This document shows, in pieces, positions 19,901 to 29,348 of a stretch of DNA of 64,000 bases (its first letter is position 1; each line of letters begins with the position of its first letter). The DNA lies in contig CAZUHB010000015.1 of assembly GCA_964620445.1 (NCBI GenBank), forward strand, positions 11,157 through 75,156. Reading direction: 5' to 3'. The translations under genes and the position numbers were made by a program. Under the pieces are notes generated by a model. That model was not told where the DNA came from, ran no database searches, and was given only the letters and a program-made list of their open reading frames with translations. The stretch comes from an uncultured Phycisphaerales bacterium (GTDB taxonomy: Bacteria; Planctomycetota; B15-G4; CAYZWU01).

Positions 19901-20062
19901 AGGGTGAAGGGCCTGACCAGCGACAAGGAGGGGCGGTTCTCCTTCTCCGGCCTGGGGCCGGGTGTCTACCGCATCAAGGCCAGGGACGACGGCATGGAGG
20001 GCGAAGAGATTTTCACCATCGAAGGGTCGGACGTGACCGAGCTGGAACTGAGCATCTGGTAA
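16991..20062 (+). CDS. Membrane-anchored 1023-aa protein built from about 8-10 carboxypeptidase-regulatory-like (transthyretin/Ig-like) beta-sandwich repeats.
   Basis: N-terminal TM helix ILLATILLCVAGLVLVFCLFL. Reiterated units of the form G.V.D..G.P..GA.V......GRFR..GL.PG.Y. Confidence 0.6.
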   Translation: MKMSKERILLATILLCVAGLVLVFCLFLDDDPDKGAAPVDGQERSATDRGAAPSGPGTDGDPAAPDAAARDLEKLESTGAPGRSSEGVITGRVLSEFGALLEGAVIELGSGSGEVIVGVRPSGEEGSKVPTVGKLSCASDAEGRFRLEGVGAAETVKLHLSHSDYVPRFVKVNAFDGTSRDVGDLVLDLGGSISGFILNEAGERLEGAEVHAQPTNMVGGSFFFDFSSINLTGRDWKATTGADGIYTIRGLPPGNANLAASHADHARARKMGVPVEKGEETGGIDIVLPWGRTITGMVMNAAGEPVPDAKVAVVRDIKINLQNLGDLENLPFEAMTSLSPAKTDAEGRFRLENISDGLYAVTVSAETYIEAEQKKVEAGTDDLVFVLRKGGWVLGRVLDARTGEGVQYYSITVDQDGAGKDSHKILRDRAIVAAKGDIIDPLGAFCVTGLGKEEFSINIESHGFADETVSGLRVIPGEGMTCDIEIWKESIISGRLLSAGGEPVASGRLLLESPPDTTGEMPDPADIQEASNLLPGIEGLVDALSDDWDTVKISRSADDGTFVFRGVREGAYRVVGTHRSHTDSEPRELTLARGEVLDDVEIRLGLAGAIVGTVYAVDGTPLPGARVQASRGGGLLGAMLSGGTDQHSPFGSTTGRSDSEGRFRIKGLAPGSYQVWMVGPQESESLGGLVNSSLSGLMGQGMPGSERVYVRAGEEVEVDLQETVKCRITGTVREAGRPIPGMKVDLFQGNLGFLAIVPLKTTKTDRKGVYLFDMLEEGNYDVRLPVSGQTEPMKESVSVGPGQTGAADFALPSGRVTGRVTDIDAGRPLAGMKVSLRRIDGKGGGGGLFGALGLDSSNINVSVNDTEVDGGDELLGLLGPAPVQTGSDGRFEVRFVDEGEYELIVRGKGYIEQKRSPVKVLADRETGDQDFQVARGWSIAGRVIGGESGQGIEYCTLTIARIVKGESEPERVKGLTSDKEGRFSFSGLGPGVYRIKARDDGMEGEEIFTIEGSDVTELELSIW

Positions 20063-20207
20063 TAAATGCGGGCGTCTCGCCACAATTGATTCTCGGCTGC
20101 GAGTCTTTGTTTTCTTCTGAAAAACAAGGGGTTACAGCCGATTATCTTTTTTGGTGGCCCGCAAAATCGGAAAATTTCCTCAAAAAAAGCTTGTAAGATT
20201 TCCGAAA

Positions 20208-20246
20208 TTGTACTAATGACTTAATACAATATTGTATTAGTACAAT
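20208..20246. promoter_or_regulatory. Palindromic operator candidate upstream of the GntR gene: TTGTACTAAT...ATTAGTACAA flanking a perfect 12-bp palindrome TACAATATTGTA.
   Basis: Read directly. The 10-bp inverted repeat sits at 20208-20217 and 20236-20245. The inner palindrome is at 20225-20236, 33 bp upstream of the ATG at 20269. Confidence 0.5.
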
Positions 20247-20268
20247 ACAATTTTTTGACGAGGAAGCG

Positions 20269-20643
20269 ATGATTCACATCCAGATCGACTTGAAGAGCGG
20301 CGTTCCCTTCTACCGGCAGATCATCGACCAGGTGAAGAGCGCCATGTCGGCTGGCATGCTGGAACCGGGAGATCGCCTCCCCACGGTGCGGCAGCTCGCC
20401 GTCGACCTCTCGATCAATCCGAACACGGTGAGCCGCGCCTACACCGAGCTGGAACTGACCGGACTCGTGGAGACCCAGCTCGGATCGGGAACATTCGTGA
20501 GCCACAAGGAAGTCTCCCATGACGATGTGGAACGGCAGCGCATGATCGATCAGCTCTGCCAGGAGTTCCTGTCCAAGGCATCGTCCTACGGGATTACCCT
20601 CGAAGATATCTTGAAGAACCTCGAGCATCGAAAGAGTACTTGA
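20269..20643 (+). CDS. GntR-family transcriptional regulator, short YtrA-like subfamily.
   Basis: N-terminal winged HTH (RLPTVRQLAVDLSINPNTVSRAYTELE). At 124 aa it has the short C-terminal domain typical of YtrA-type regulators. Confidence 0.8.
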   Translation: MIHIQIDLKSGVPFYRQIIDQVKSAMSAGMLEPGDRLPTVRQLAVDLSINPNTVSRAYTELELTGLVETQLGSGTFVSHKEVSHDDVERQRMIDQLCQEFLSKASSYGITLEDILKNLEHRKST

Positions 20644-20719
20644 TCGATCGTCTTTCGCTGCGCGGCAGCGAGCGGCTTCCGTCGCGATGCGGCAGAAGGT
20701 GGTGAAAGGAGAGAATAAA

Positions 20720-21841
20720 ATGACAAAGTTCTCGGACGTCCTAAGGAACAAGGCCCTCAGTGCCCTGGAACGTTTTGCCGTCAGCTTTCTGGCCGATTTC
20801 CGGTTCGGGCCGTTGAACGTGGCCCTTCTCGTTGCCCTCTGTCTGGCCGGGCTCAGCGCGCATATCGCCGTCTTCACCTTCCACCTGGATGTGGTGATCA
20901 CCGCCGTCGGCGCCGCCCTGGGCATGGCGCTCCTCATCCGTATTTCCCAGCGATGGGAGGGCGTTCTGATCCTGACCACTCTCGCCGCGCTCGGCGCCTA
21001 CCTGCGCCACCGGCCGGAGAGCACGATCCTCGTCACGGCGATCGTCGCCGCCGGCCTCATCTCCCCCTGCATGCAGATCGCCTACCAGTGGGAGAAGGCC
21101 GTGCTCCTGCGCTTCGGAAAGTTCAAGGGTCTGCGCGGCTCGGGTGTCTTCTTCATCCTGCCCGTGGCCGACAAGGTGGCCAACTACGTGGACCAGCGGA
21201 TCCGCGTCACCGATTTCCGGGCGGAGACGACGCTCACCCGCGATACCGTTCCGGTGAACGTGGACGCCATCGCCTTCTGGATGGTGTGGGATCCGGAGAA
21301 GAGCGTGCTCGAGGTGGAAGACTACGCCGACGCCGTGAGCTTCTCGGCCCAGACCGCGCTTCGCGACGCCATCGGAAAGAGCGAGCTCGCCGAACTGCTC
21401 TCCGAAAGGGACCGGCTCGGAAGGGAGATCCAGCAGGTCCTCGATTCCAAGACGAGCGGCTGGGGCATCACGGTCCAGTCGGTCGAGATCAAGGACATCA
21501 TCATTCCCAAGGCGCTCGAGGACGCCATGAGCCGCAAGGCCCAGGCCGAGCGGGAACGCCAGTCGCGCATCATCCTGAGCAACGCCGAAACGGAGATCGC
21601 CGAAAAGTTCGCCGACGCCTCCAATCACTACAAGGACAATCCCGCCGCGCTCCACCTCCGCGCGATGAACATGATCTTCGAGGGGCTCAAGCAGAAGGGT
21701 TCGATGATCATCGTGCCGAGCACGGCGGTGGAAACGATGGGACTCGGCGCCATGGGCGGTCTCACCGCCTTCGACAGGATCATGGAGAAGAAAAAAGAAG
21801 CGGACAAGGACGAAAAGGCACCCGACCCGAAGGCGGAGTGA
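20720..21841 (+). CDS. SPFH/band-7 (stomatin/prohibitin-like) membrane protein with an extended multi-TM N-terminus.
   Basis: SPFH core AVLLRFGKF...ILPVADKV...TRDTVPVNVDAIAFW...LRDAIGKSELAELLSERDRLGREIQ. About four hydrophobic helices precede it. Start 20720 with an aaaggagag RBS. Confidence 0.75.
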   Translation: MTKFSDVLRNKALSALERFAVSFLADFRFGPLNVALLVALCLAGLSAHIAVFTFHLDVVITAVGAALGMALLIRISQRWEGVLILTTLAALGAYLRHRPESTILVTAIVAAGLISPCMQIAYQWEKAVLLRFGKFKGLRGSGVFFILPVADKVANYVDQRIRVTDFRAETTLTRDTVPVNVDAIAFWMVWDPEKSVLEVEDYADAVSFSAQTALRDAIGKSELAELLSERDRLGREIQQVLDSKTSGWGITVQSVEIKDIIIPKALEDAMSRKAQAERERQSRIILSNAETEIAEKFADASNHYKDNPAALHLRAMNMIFEGLKQKGSMIIVPSTAVETMGLGAMGGLTAFDRIMEKKKEADKDEKAPDPKAE

Positions 21842-21865
21842 TCCGCCTCGATCAGGAGAAGACCG

Positions 21866-23701
21866 ATGAGAAACAGTACAGGAAAACTCGCCACGCAAAG
21901 CCTCCCCCTGGGAAGCCTCGTGATTTCCACCCTTCTATTCCTCGCCTCGGGCGCGGCCGCGTCGGCGGATGAGCAGAACCGGGGCGGTGCCGTTCTGGCG
22001 GACGCCTTTCGTGCCGACACCATCTTCTATGCGGAGCTGCGAGAGCCGGTCGCGATCGTGGACAGGTTCAGCCGGATGAGCTTCTGGCCCCACGTCGTGT
22101 CCCTCATGACCGAGGCGGCCGGCCTTGTCGGGAGTTCGGAGCGCTGCGCCCGAAACCTCTCGTTCGCCCTCGGCGCATGGGGAGAGGAGTCGGAATTCAG
22201 GCGGCACGTCGCGCGTCTCGCCGGTGCGCGCTGCGCGATCGGTCTGGTTCCGATCGAGGGCTCGAAAAAGGTGGTCCCTCTGTTCGTGTTCGAACGGACC
22301 GCGACGGAGGGCAGCCTGTTGCCGCTCACCGCTCTCGCCCGCGCCCTCGACGAGGGCTCGAAGCTCCGGATCGACGGCGATCCGCGAGGCGGTGCGCCGG
22401 GAGAACGGTTCTCGATCGTGGGAGCCGCGGGCCGGCCGCTTCTCGTGGGAGACGCCCGCGGCCGGTGGCTCGTGCTCAGCGCACCTGCCGGCTCCGGCCC
22501 TGTCAGCGACGCGATCAACGCCCTCGGTCCTGGCGGCGGGTCGATCGATCAGCCCCTCTCGGCCGTGGAGGGCTTTCGGATGGTCATGTCTGAACTCCCC
22601 GAATCGGCCGACGGGCGCGTCTACGTGAGCAGCGCCGGAATCATCGAGATGATCGATCGATGCGGCGCGCTCTCCCCACTCGGGAAGCGCCTGGCCAAAG
22701 CCTGCTTCTGCTGGACGGGATCGATCGGCATCGCCCGCGAAATCGGGACGGACAGCATCCGCACCTGGGTCACCGGGGAGATCGAGGCCGATGAAATGGA
22801 CGCGGCCGTCCCCGGCCTGCTCGACACGCTCGGCCCGATCGGCGAGCCCCTTTGCCGGTGGTTCCCCCGGGATGCGCTCGCCGCCTACGAGGTGGGTGTG
22901 CCGCCCGAGGCGCTGCTCGACACGATCGGCTTCTTCGTGAAATCGGTTTCGCCCCGGCTCCACAGGGAGATCGACATGCTCCGCGCCGATTTCGTTGAGG
23001 CGACCGGTCTCGATCCGGCTGTCGATCTCTTTCCCTATCTCGGCGGGTCGGTGGCTGTCGCGGCACTTCCTTCCGAGGGGCCCTTCGCCGACTGGCCATT
23101 CGCGCGATCGGTGATGCTCGTGCGCGTCACGGACGAGCAGAAGGCGAGGGCCTTTGTCTCCTCCTTCCTTCGATGGGATGCGTCGATGTGGGCGCCTTTC
23201 ACGGGCGGGCTGATCGGCGGCCGGGAGGTCACGAGCAGCCACAACGGCGTGGAGCTCATGGGTATCGAATTCGACAGCCTGATCGGCCTGCCCCTGCCGT
23301 CACCCACGGTTGCGCTCTCCGGCGGCTTCCTGATCGCATCCTCCTTTCGGTCCGGCGTGGTCGAGACGCTCGACGTTCTTCGCGGGGCGCGCCCCGCCCT
23401 TTGCCTGGAGACGATCTCCGGCGCCGGACCGATTCGGGACGATGCCGTCGAGCTCGTTCACCTGAACTGCCCGTCGTGGACAGAGGAGTGGGCCCGGTGC
23501 TGGAAAGCTGCCGCGGGTCCCTGCTGCCATCTTTTTCTCGACCGCGATTTCGTCGCCAGCCGGCGTCTGAGCGGGGAGAAGCTCGATCGCCTCGGCCGGG
23601 CGCTCTTCGGGGTTCTGACGAGGCTCGATCGCGCGTCGGGCACGACCACGATCGACAGCGATGGCCGGTTCGAGTTTTTCATCGAAGCGCGCGTGCGTTG
23701 A
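21866..23701 (+). CDS. Hypothetical secreted protein, 611 aa.
   Basis: Signal peptide. No recognisable motif. A 24-bp gap from the SPFH gene suggests the same operon. Confidence 0.45.
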   Translation: MRNSTGKLATQSLPLGSLVISTLLFLASGAAASADEQNRGGAVLADAFRADTIFYAELREPVAIVDRFSRMSFWPHVVSLMTEAAGLVGSSERCARNLSFALGAWGEESEFRRHVARLAGARCAIGLVPIEGSKKVVPLFVFERTATEGSLLPLTALARALDEGSKLRIDGDPRGGAPGERFSIVGAAGRPLLVGDARGRWLVLSAPAGSGPVSDAINALGPGGGSIDQPLSAVEGFRMVMSELPESADGRVYVSSAGIIEMIDRCGALSPLGKRLAKACFCWTGSIGIAREIGTDSIRTWVTGEIEADEMDAAVPGLLDTLGPIGEPLCRWFPRDALAAYEVGVPPEALLDTIGFFVKSVSPRLHREIDMLRADFVEATGLDPAVDLFPYLGGSVAVAALPSEGPFADWPFARSVMLVRVTDEQKARAFVSSFLRWDASMWAPFTGGLIGGREVTSSHNGVELMGIEFDSLIGLPLPSPTVALSGGFLIASSFRSGVVETLDVLRGARPALCLETISGAGPIRDDAVELVHLNCPSWTEEWARCWKAAAGPCCHLFLDRDFVASRRLSGEKLDRLGRALFGVLTRLDRASGTTTIDSDGRFEFFIEARVR

Positions 23702-23726
23702 ACGGAGAAGATCGGGAGGCTGACTC

Positions 23727-25538
23727 GTGAATACACGGCCCACACCATCGAACCCCGCGCGCAAGCAACACTGGCTGCTTCTTCTGGTCCTCGTGGGGGC
23801 GGCGCTTCTCTTCAACTGGTACTACCTGACAGGAGGGTTCCAGGGGGACGACATCATCTTTCTCAACATGTTCCGCGAGGATCCCCTGCCTTTCGATCGC
23901 TGGCGCGGCCCGTGGTCTGTCGACGAACATCCCTGCTTCGAGCGGCTCTGGTGGGTAACGGAATCGTCCTTCAGCGGCGCGTTCTGGCGGCCGGTGCCCG
24001 GTCTCGTGCTGGAGGGATCGATCCGCCTCTTCGGAGAACGGGCCTTTCCGCTGCATCTGCTGTCGCTTCTGCTTCACGCGGGCGTTGGTGCCGCGCTCTA
24101 CTGGCTGGTTTTCCGTCTCCTCCACAACCGCGCGCTGGCGTTCCTCGCGGCACTGTTCTTTGTCGCCTGCGAGGACCATAGCATGAGCGTGGGATGGATC
24201 TCCACCATGACCGACCTCATCTGTGTTCTGGCGGTACTTCTGTCGCTGCTCGCCTGGCTCCGGTGGCTGCGGGAGAGGAGACTCCTTTTTCTGGTGCTGT
24301 CCCTCGCCGCCCTTGCCGTTGCCATGGGGAGCAAGGAGTCGGCCGCCGCCGCGCCACTCGGCCTGGCCATCCTGGGCATCCTCATGCCCGATGGGAGAGC
24401 GGGCCCTGTCCGCGATGGCGAACTCGGCGCGCGGTTGCGGGGCATGTGGAGGAGCACGGCTTGCTGGCTGCCGCCGCTGCTTTTGCTCGGCGTCTATCTG
24501 GTCCTCTACCGTGCCATGGGACTGGGCGGTATGAACAGCCTCTTCTACGTCGATCCCTTTTCCGATCCGGGGCGGTTCGTCAGCCATATGGCGGCCCACA
24601 TGCCGATCATGTGGCTCGCGGCGCTCTCGCCCGTGCCGCCCAGCGTCGTTCTCTTTCAGCCCGACCTCTTCGTTCCGCTCGCCGCTTGCGGCGTGCTTGT
24701 TGCGGTCGCCTTTCTGATCGCTCTTCTTCCTCTGCGGCGGAACAAGCTCGTCGTCTGGGCGTTTCTCATGTTCCTTGGCGCCCTCGTCCCCCAGATGGGA
24801 ACCGATGCGGGCGAAAGGCTTCTCTATTTTCCCATGGTCTTCGGCAGCATCCTGCTCGCGCACGTGGCGGCGCGCATCGCACCTCTGGCCCTGCGTCTGT
24901 ACGTCTCTTCCCCGGCGCCGCCGCTCTTCACGCGCACCATGGGGTGGTGGGCGATGGCCGCCGTGCTGCTGCCGGGCGTGGTTCTTTCCGCCGTGATGCC
25001 CTTCGTCTACCTGCCGAGCCTGGAACAGCCCTCGAACGATGTGGCGACCGTGGCCGATCATCTCGACGGCCGCGACCAGGCCGTGATTCTGGTGAACGGA
25101 CCCAATCCGTTCATCACCCTCTACGTGAACGATGTCCTGACCTGGCGGCGCGGGATCCCGACCGAGGTCTGGCTCCTCGCCGCGCCGAACGCGAAGATGT
25201 CGCTCGAGCGCGTGGGAGATGCGTCCTTCGAGCTTCGCGCCGACAGGTCCGGCTGGCTCACCAATATCTTCGCGCGCATCGTGCGCACCGAGAGCGTCCT
25301 GAAACGGGGCGCGGTCTATGACCGGAAGTTTTTCTCCGCCACCCTTCTCGAACTGACGGGCAGTAAAAAAGACGTGCTCGCCGTCCGGTTCGACATGAAG
25401 CAGCCCCTCGACGATCCTGGAGTGGTCTTTTTTCAGTGGGGGCGCAACGCTTACGAGCCGCTCGATCTCTCCTCGCTCGAGAAGGGGAAGGTTTTGAACC
25501 TGGCCGACACGAGCGATCTTTGGGCGGATATGATGTGA
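23727..25538 (+). CDS. Polytopic integral membrane protein with a C-terminal soluble domain, possibly a GT-C-like transferase. Function unknown.
   Basis: About 10 or more hydrophobic helices followed by a roughly 150-aa hydrophilic C-terminus. It is the last gene of the GntR-SPFH operon. Confidence 0.45.
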   Translation: MNTRPTPSNPARKQHWLLLLVLVGAALLFNWYYLTGGFQGDDIIFLNMFREDPLPFDRWRGPWSVDEHPCFERLWWVTESSFSGAFWRPVPGLVLEGSIRLFGERAFPLHLLSLLLHAGVGAALYWLVFRLLHNRALAFLAALFFVACEDHSMSVGWISTMTDLICVLAVLLSLLAWLRWLRERRLLFLVLSLAALAVAMGSKESAAAAPLGLAILGILMPDGRAGPVRDGELGARLRGMWRSTACWLPPLLLLGVYLVLYRAMGLGGMNSLFYVDPFSDPGRFVSHMAAHMPIMWLAALSPVPPSVVLFQPDLFVPLAACGVLVAVAFLIALLPLRRNKLVVWAFLMFLGALVPQMGTDAGERLLYFPMVFGSILLAHVAARIAPLALRLYVSSPAPPLFTRTMGWWAMAAVLLPGVVLSAVMPFVYLPSLEQPSNDVATVADHLDGRDQAVILVNGPNPFITLYVNDVLTWRRGIPTEVWLLAAPNAKMSLERVGDASFELRADRSGWLTNIFARIVRTESVLKRGAVYDRKFFSATLLELTGSKKDVLAVRFDMKQPLDDPGVVFFQWGRNAYEPLDLSSLEKGKVLNLADTSDLWADMM

Positions 25539-25688
25539 GCCGTCGATCACATCTCGCGATCAACGGCTGACGAATGTGATCGTTTCGTCCGGTGTTTCCG
25601 ACTCGAAGGGTCCGAGCTCGAACGCGCACCGAGTCTTGTAAGTGCCTCTCTTCTTGGGGCCGCTCCACGCGGCGCGGCACGTGAAACC

Positions 25689-27356
25689 TCAGCCATACTT
25701 GAGCGTACCCTTGGAGAGCAGTTTCCCGCCCCGGCTCAGAATCCTGTATTCGGGAGGCTTGATCATGGCAGACTTGGCCCTGGCCACGGAAAGGAGCTGA
25801 CCCTTGTCGTCGATGCAGCCGAGATCCTTGACCTCGGCATTCGACCGTCCTTTTATCTCGAGCCTGAGGCTGGCTTTTTCGGGATTCCGCGAGAGCGAGT
25901 ACTCGGGCACGACCGCCGTGATCCGAAAGGGTTCGCCAAAGGCCAGAACCGATCCGCCCGGTCGAGCGAGGGTTACCGGTTTCGTGTAGCCGGAAGTGGA
26001 GGCGTTCAGGTACCAGCGTTCCTTTTTCCAGTCCTTCCGCGTGACATAATAGTTCATCACCTGGCATTGCGTCGCCGGAATCGGCAGAGAATTCTTGCAG
26101 TCGTAGGCGATCAGGATTTCCTTCTTTTCCGGAAGAAACAGGGTCAGCCTGTCGGCGGCCATCGACAGTTCGGTCCTTTCCGATTGCGTCGATATCGGGA
26201 GAAACGAGATGGCGTTGCCCACCGCGTCCACGGAGACCTTGAACAATCGGTCTTCGAGAAAAACGAAATCGCAGAGCGGCTGCGGATCGTGCCGCTCGAC
26301 CCTTCCGTTTTTCGTGAGAAAGAAGAAATCGGATCGCGAATAGTAGGTGAGTTTGTAGGCGCCTCGCGATTCCTGAACGATGGGGCGGTCCCCGAATTTT
26401 CCGTTGGCGTTTCCGTCGATCACACCGATGCCGTACTTCCGGCCGGCCACCGTGATTTCGCCCGCCTTGTGTCCCGCCGAACGCAGATCGAAAGTACAGA
26501 GCCTGCAGATCTTCTCCGCATCGCGTTCCTTCTTGTCGTACCGTCCCCGTACGTAGAGGCTGAAAGGGAACGGCACCGTCTCCGATCCCACCTGCACCGT
26601 GGTCTCGATCACGGGAAAACTCGTGTAGAAATAATCGTCTTCCCTCCTGAGGCACGAACCCTCGATCGGCTTCTCGTCGGCGAGGTTCCGGTTGTTGTTC
26701 ATGTCGATGTAGACGCGGTCGTAGATGTGATCGTTCTTCTTCAAGCAGTCGACCATGACCAGTTTTCTCGCGTCGCCGAGCGAAAGGAAACCGTAGAGCG
26801 GACAACGGCTCCTGGCGCGGGGGATCTTCCAGTCCCCGTCGGGCAGACCGGTTTGCAGCGACACCCTCTGATACCCGCGCAGGATGAGATCTTTTTCGAC
26901 GTGAGCGAGAGCGACGCTCAGAGCCGGCCCGTCAGCGGAGGGTCCGGGCTCCTTTTTTTCGGTCCGGGCTTCGTCATCGTCGGAAACACCGTTTTTGTAC
27001 AGACCGGCGCAGCAGACCTTGCAGGGCAGAACGCCTTTCTTTCTCGCCTCCTTGATCGTCATGATCTTGCGATGAATACTTTTTCTGTTCAGGTGGGGGC
27101 AGCGCGGCTTGTGCTTCGAGTCGTGAAAGAACCTGGGCGATTCCTCCTCGGCGTTGACGAAGAAAACCTTGCTCTTCGCGGGCCACTCGATGTTTCCGTC
27201 GTCCTTTTTCTTTTTGTTCCCGTAAAAATCGGCGCAGCAGTCGATCCCGCTCGCGGCCGCTCCGGCGAACTCTCCGTCATCGAAGGTAACGCTCCCGGCG
27301 CACAAGAACGAGGGGGGGACGATGAAGATCGCAGCGAGAATGACGAATCGTTTCAT
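25689..27356 (-). CDS. Hypothetical secreted protein, Lys-rich, with an N-terminal Cys/His cluster. GC is lower than in neighbouring genes.
   Basis: Signal peptide MKRFVILAAIFIVPPSFLCAG. Cluster CCADF...HDSKHKPRCPHLNRKSIHRK...PCKVCCAG. K-rich. By eye GC is about 57% against about 65% for neighbours. Confidence 0.45.
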   Translation of the reverse strand: MKRFVILAAIFIVPPSFLCAGSVTFDDGEFAGAAASGIDCCADFYGNKKKKDDGNIEWPAKSKVFFVNAEEESPRFFHDSKHKPRCPHLNRKSIHRKIMTIKEARKKGVLPCKVCCAGLYKNGVSDDDEARTEKKEPGPSADGPALSVALAHVEKDLILRGYQRVSLQTGLPDGDWKIPRARSRCPLYGFLSLGDARKLVMVDCLKKNDHIYDRVYIDMNNNRNLADEKPIEGSCLRREDDYFYTSFPVIETTVQVGSETVPFPFSLYVRGRYDKKERDAEKICRLCTFDLRSAGHKAGEITVAGRKYGIGVIDGNANGKFGDRPIVQESRGAYKLTYYSRSDFFFLTKNGRVERHDPQPLCDFVFLEDRLFKVSVDAVGNAISFLPISTQSERTELSMAADRLTLFLPEKKEILIAYDCKNSLPIPATQCQVMNYYVTRKDWKKERWYLNASTSGYTKPVTLARPGGSVLAFGEPFRITAVVPEYSLSRNPEKASLRLEIKGRSNAEVKDLGCIDDKGQLLSVARAKSAMIKPPEYRILSRGGKLLSKGTLKYG

Positions 27357-27680
27357 GACAGCTCCTTTCCCGAATAAAGGATCTGTTTGCTGAATGATGA
27401 GTGGATGTCTCGTCCTGGAACCTTGCCAACAGTTCCCTCGTTGATTCCTAGCCAGAGCACTATACTCGAATCGTCGACGCCGTGACAGGATTTTTCTCCC
27501 GGTGAAAGGCGTCCCGTTCCGGATGTCCCTTTGGACGATGCACCGGAACGCTACTCCACGAAAAGGACCAGGTTGGTCAACACCGAGTTTCCACCTCCGA
27601 TCGGTCCGGCCAAGGTCTGACAGGGGTGAACCTCGAGTGAATACAAATAAGTGGGAAACCTGTTGAAGAAAACGGCATTT

Positions 27681-29192
27681 TTACTTTTTCGGCAGCGGCA
27701 CCTCGGTGGGCTGTGCGGGACGCGTAAGGATCGCGTTTCGCATCTTCTTGAAAAAGGGCCAGGCGTGAAGACCGCAGTTCGTTGAAACCACTATGGCCAG
27801 ATCGTTCTCCGGGCAGATAGACATCATCGTGAAGAAAGTACCTCCCGATCCGAAAAAGTTGAACAGTGAATTACCGTTTTCGATTTCGCCGCACCCCCAG
27901 AACCGACGGACCGTGCCGGCCTCGAGATCACTCTGTTCACCCCTGAGAACCTGCAGCAGGAAGGAAGCGAAACGCGCCAGATCCCCGATGGAACAGTTCG
28001 CATTGCCTGCGGGGCCGATGTAGTCCATGTCGCCGAGGGTGTACGCTCCGATCTCCTGCACCTCCAGGTCGGGCGGCGCGCCGAGATGCCCCATCGGCTG
28101 ATCGCGGCGGTCTGACGTCGCGGGCCATCCGAATCCGGCTGAGTGCATCTCGAGCGGTTCGAAGACCAAGCAGGAGACCAACTCTTCCCAGGTTTTGTTC
28201 ACTGCGCGTTCGACCATGAGTCCGGCAACCACGTAACCGGCGTTGGAGTAGACGTATTCGTTCATTTTGACGGGATCCTGCAAGAGAACATGGCGCACGA
28301 GCGCAGCCCGTGCTTCGGCGGGCGACCTTCCCGCAACAGGGGGGAAGCCATCGGCGAACTCGCCCGTGGTGGGCAGATTCGGGACACCCCCGCGATGCTG
28401 CAGCAGTTGTTCGAGTGTGACCGATCGGTAGGCTTTCTTTACAGGAAGGCTGTCCAGGATCTCGCCTATCGTGCTATCCCAGCGCAGGGCGCCGCTCTCG
28501 ACGAGTTTGCCGATCATGGTTGCCGTGATCAGTTTGGTCACCGAACCGAGGTGGAATCGATCATCGATCCGAATCGGATCAGACCGGTCCGAGCGGCGAA
28601 CCCCGATCGCGATTTTTTTCACGATCTTGCCCTTTCGGACAACGGCGACAGCCAGACCGGGAAGCTGTGCGTCGTGGAGGACCTTTTCCGCCAGGTCGCG
28701 GAGATCTTTCCAATCGACATAATCCTTTGCGCCCTCCCTGGCGGGCGGCGTGGCTGTTGCGAAAGGCCCTAGCTCGGCCAGATCGTGGGGTGCATCGACC
28801 GCGAGCCGGATCCGGAATTTCACCCACCCTATATTTTTTGTATTGGCGGTCGCAACTATGGAATATTCGCAGTCGGCATCGACCGAGTGAACGGTGAGCG
28901 GGCCGGTCACCGTGCGCACCAGAAGGTGATTGCCCAGTTCATCGTCGATCGGAGTTTTCCGCAGGTATGCCTCGGAGTAGTGATCTTCGATGAATCGACG
29001 CAGAGCGTCCTTCCCATCGTGGTTGTAGGCCGCAAAATAGTCTTTTGCCCATCGCCCTGCGAGCGTATCGGGCCATTCCGCTTGCCGAAAACCCGGCCGC
29101 GGCGCAACCCGCGCTCCCGCGTTTTGTGATCCTGTGAATATCGCGAGGGCTGTCAAAACCAGGAAGATCAGAGATCGTAACTTCATCACCAT
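27681..29192 (-). CDS. Secreted serine hydrolase of the beta-lactamase / penicillin-binding-protein fold (class C-like).
   Basis: SxxK motif LGSVTK, YxN motif YSNAGY, and a signal peptide. Start MVMKLRSL with an aaggagaa RBS. Confidence 0.75.
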   Translation of the reverse strand: MVMKLRSLIFLVLTALAIFTGSQNAGARVAPRPGFRQAEWPDTLAGRWAKDYFAAYNHDGKDALRRFIEDHYSEAYLRKTPIDDELGNHLLVRTVTGPLTVHSVDADCEYSIVATANTKNIGWVKFRIRLAVDAPHDLAELGPFATATPPAREGAKDYVDWKDLRDLAEKVLHDAQLPGLAVAVVRKGKIVKKIAIGVRRSDRSDPIRIDDRFHLGSVTKLITATMIGKLVESGALRWDSTIGEILDSLPVKKAYRSVTLEQLLQHRGGVPNLPTTGEFADGFPPVAGRSPAEARAALVRHVLLQDPVKMNEYVYSNAGYVVAGLMVERAVNKTWEELVSCLVFEPLEMHSAGFGWPATSDRRDQPMGHLGAPPDLEVQEIGAYTLGDMDYIGPAGNANCSIGDLARFASFLLQVLRGEQSDLEAGTVRRFWGCGEIENGNSLFNFFGSGGTFFTMMSICPENDLAIVVSTNCGLHAWPFFKKMRNAILTRPAQPTEVPLPKK

Positions 29193-29348
29193 TTCTCCTT
29201 CACTCTCCGTGAAACGGGACACCCCGCTCGAGCATGGCCGCAGAGGGACCCAAATGAGCACATTGGGAACATCCGTCACCGCACGGGCGCAGGCGGCGGC
29301 TGGACTGGTGCTGAAAGGGTGAAAAGGCTCGCTGTGCGTGATCGGCGA

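Noticed and set aside
25545-25585. Rho-independent terminator after the GntR operon (cgatcacat...atgtgatcg).
   Set aside because: A 9-bp stem with a 23-nt loop and no U-tract is a weak call, so I did not list it as a feature.
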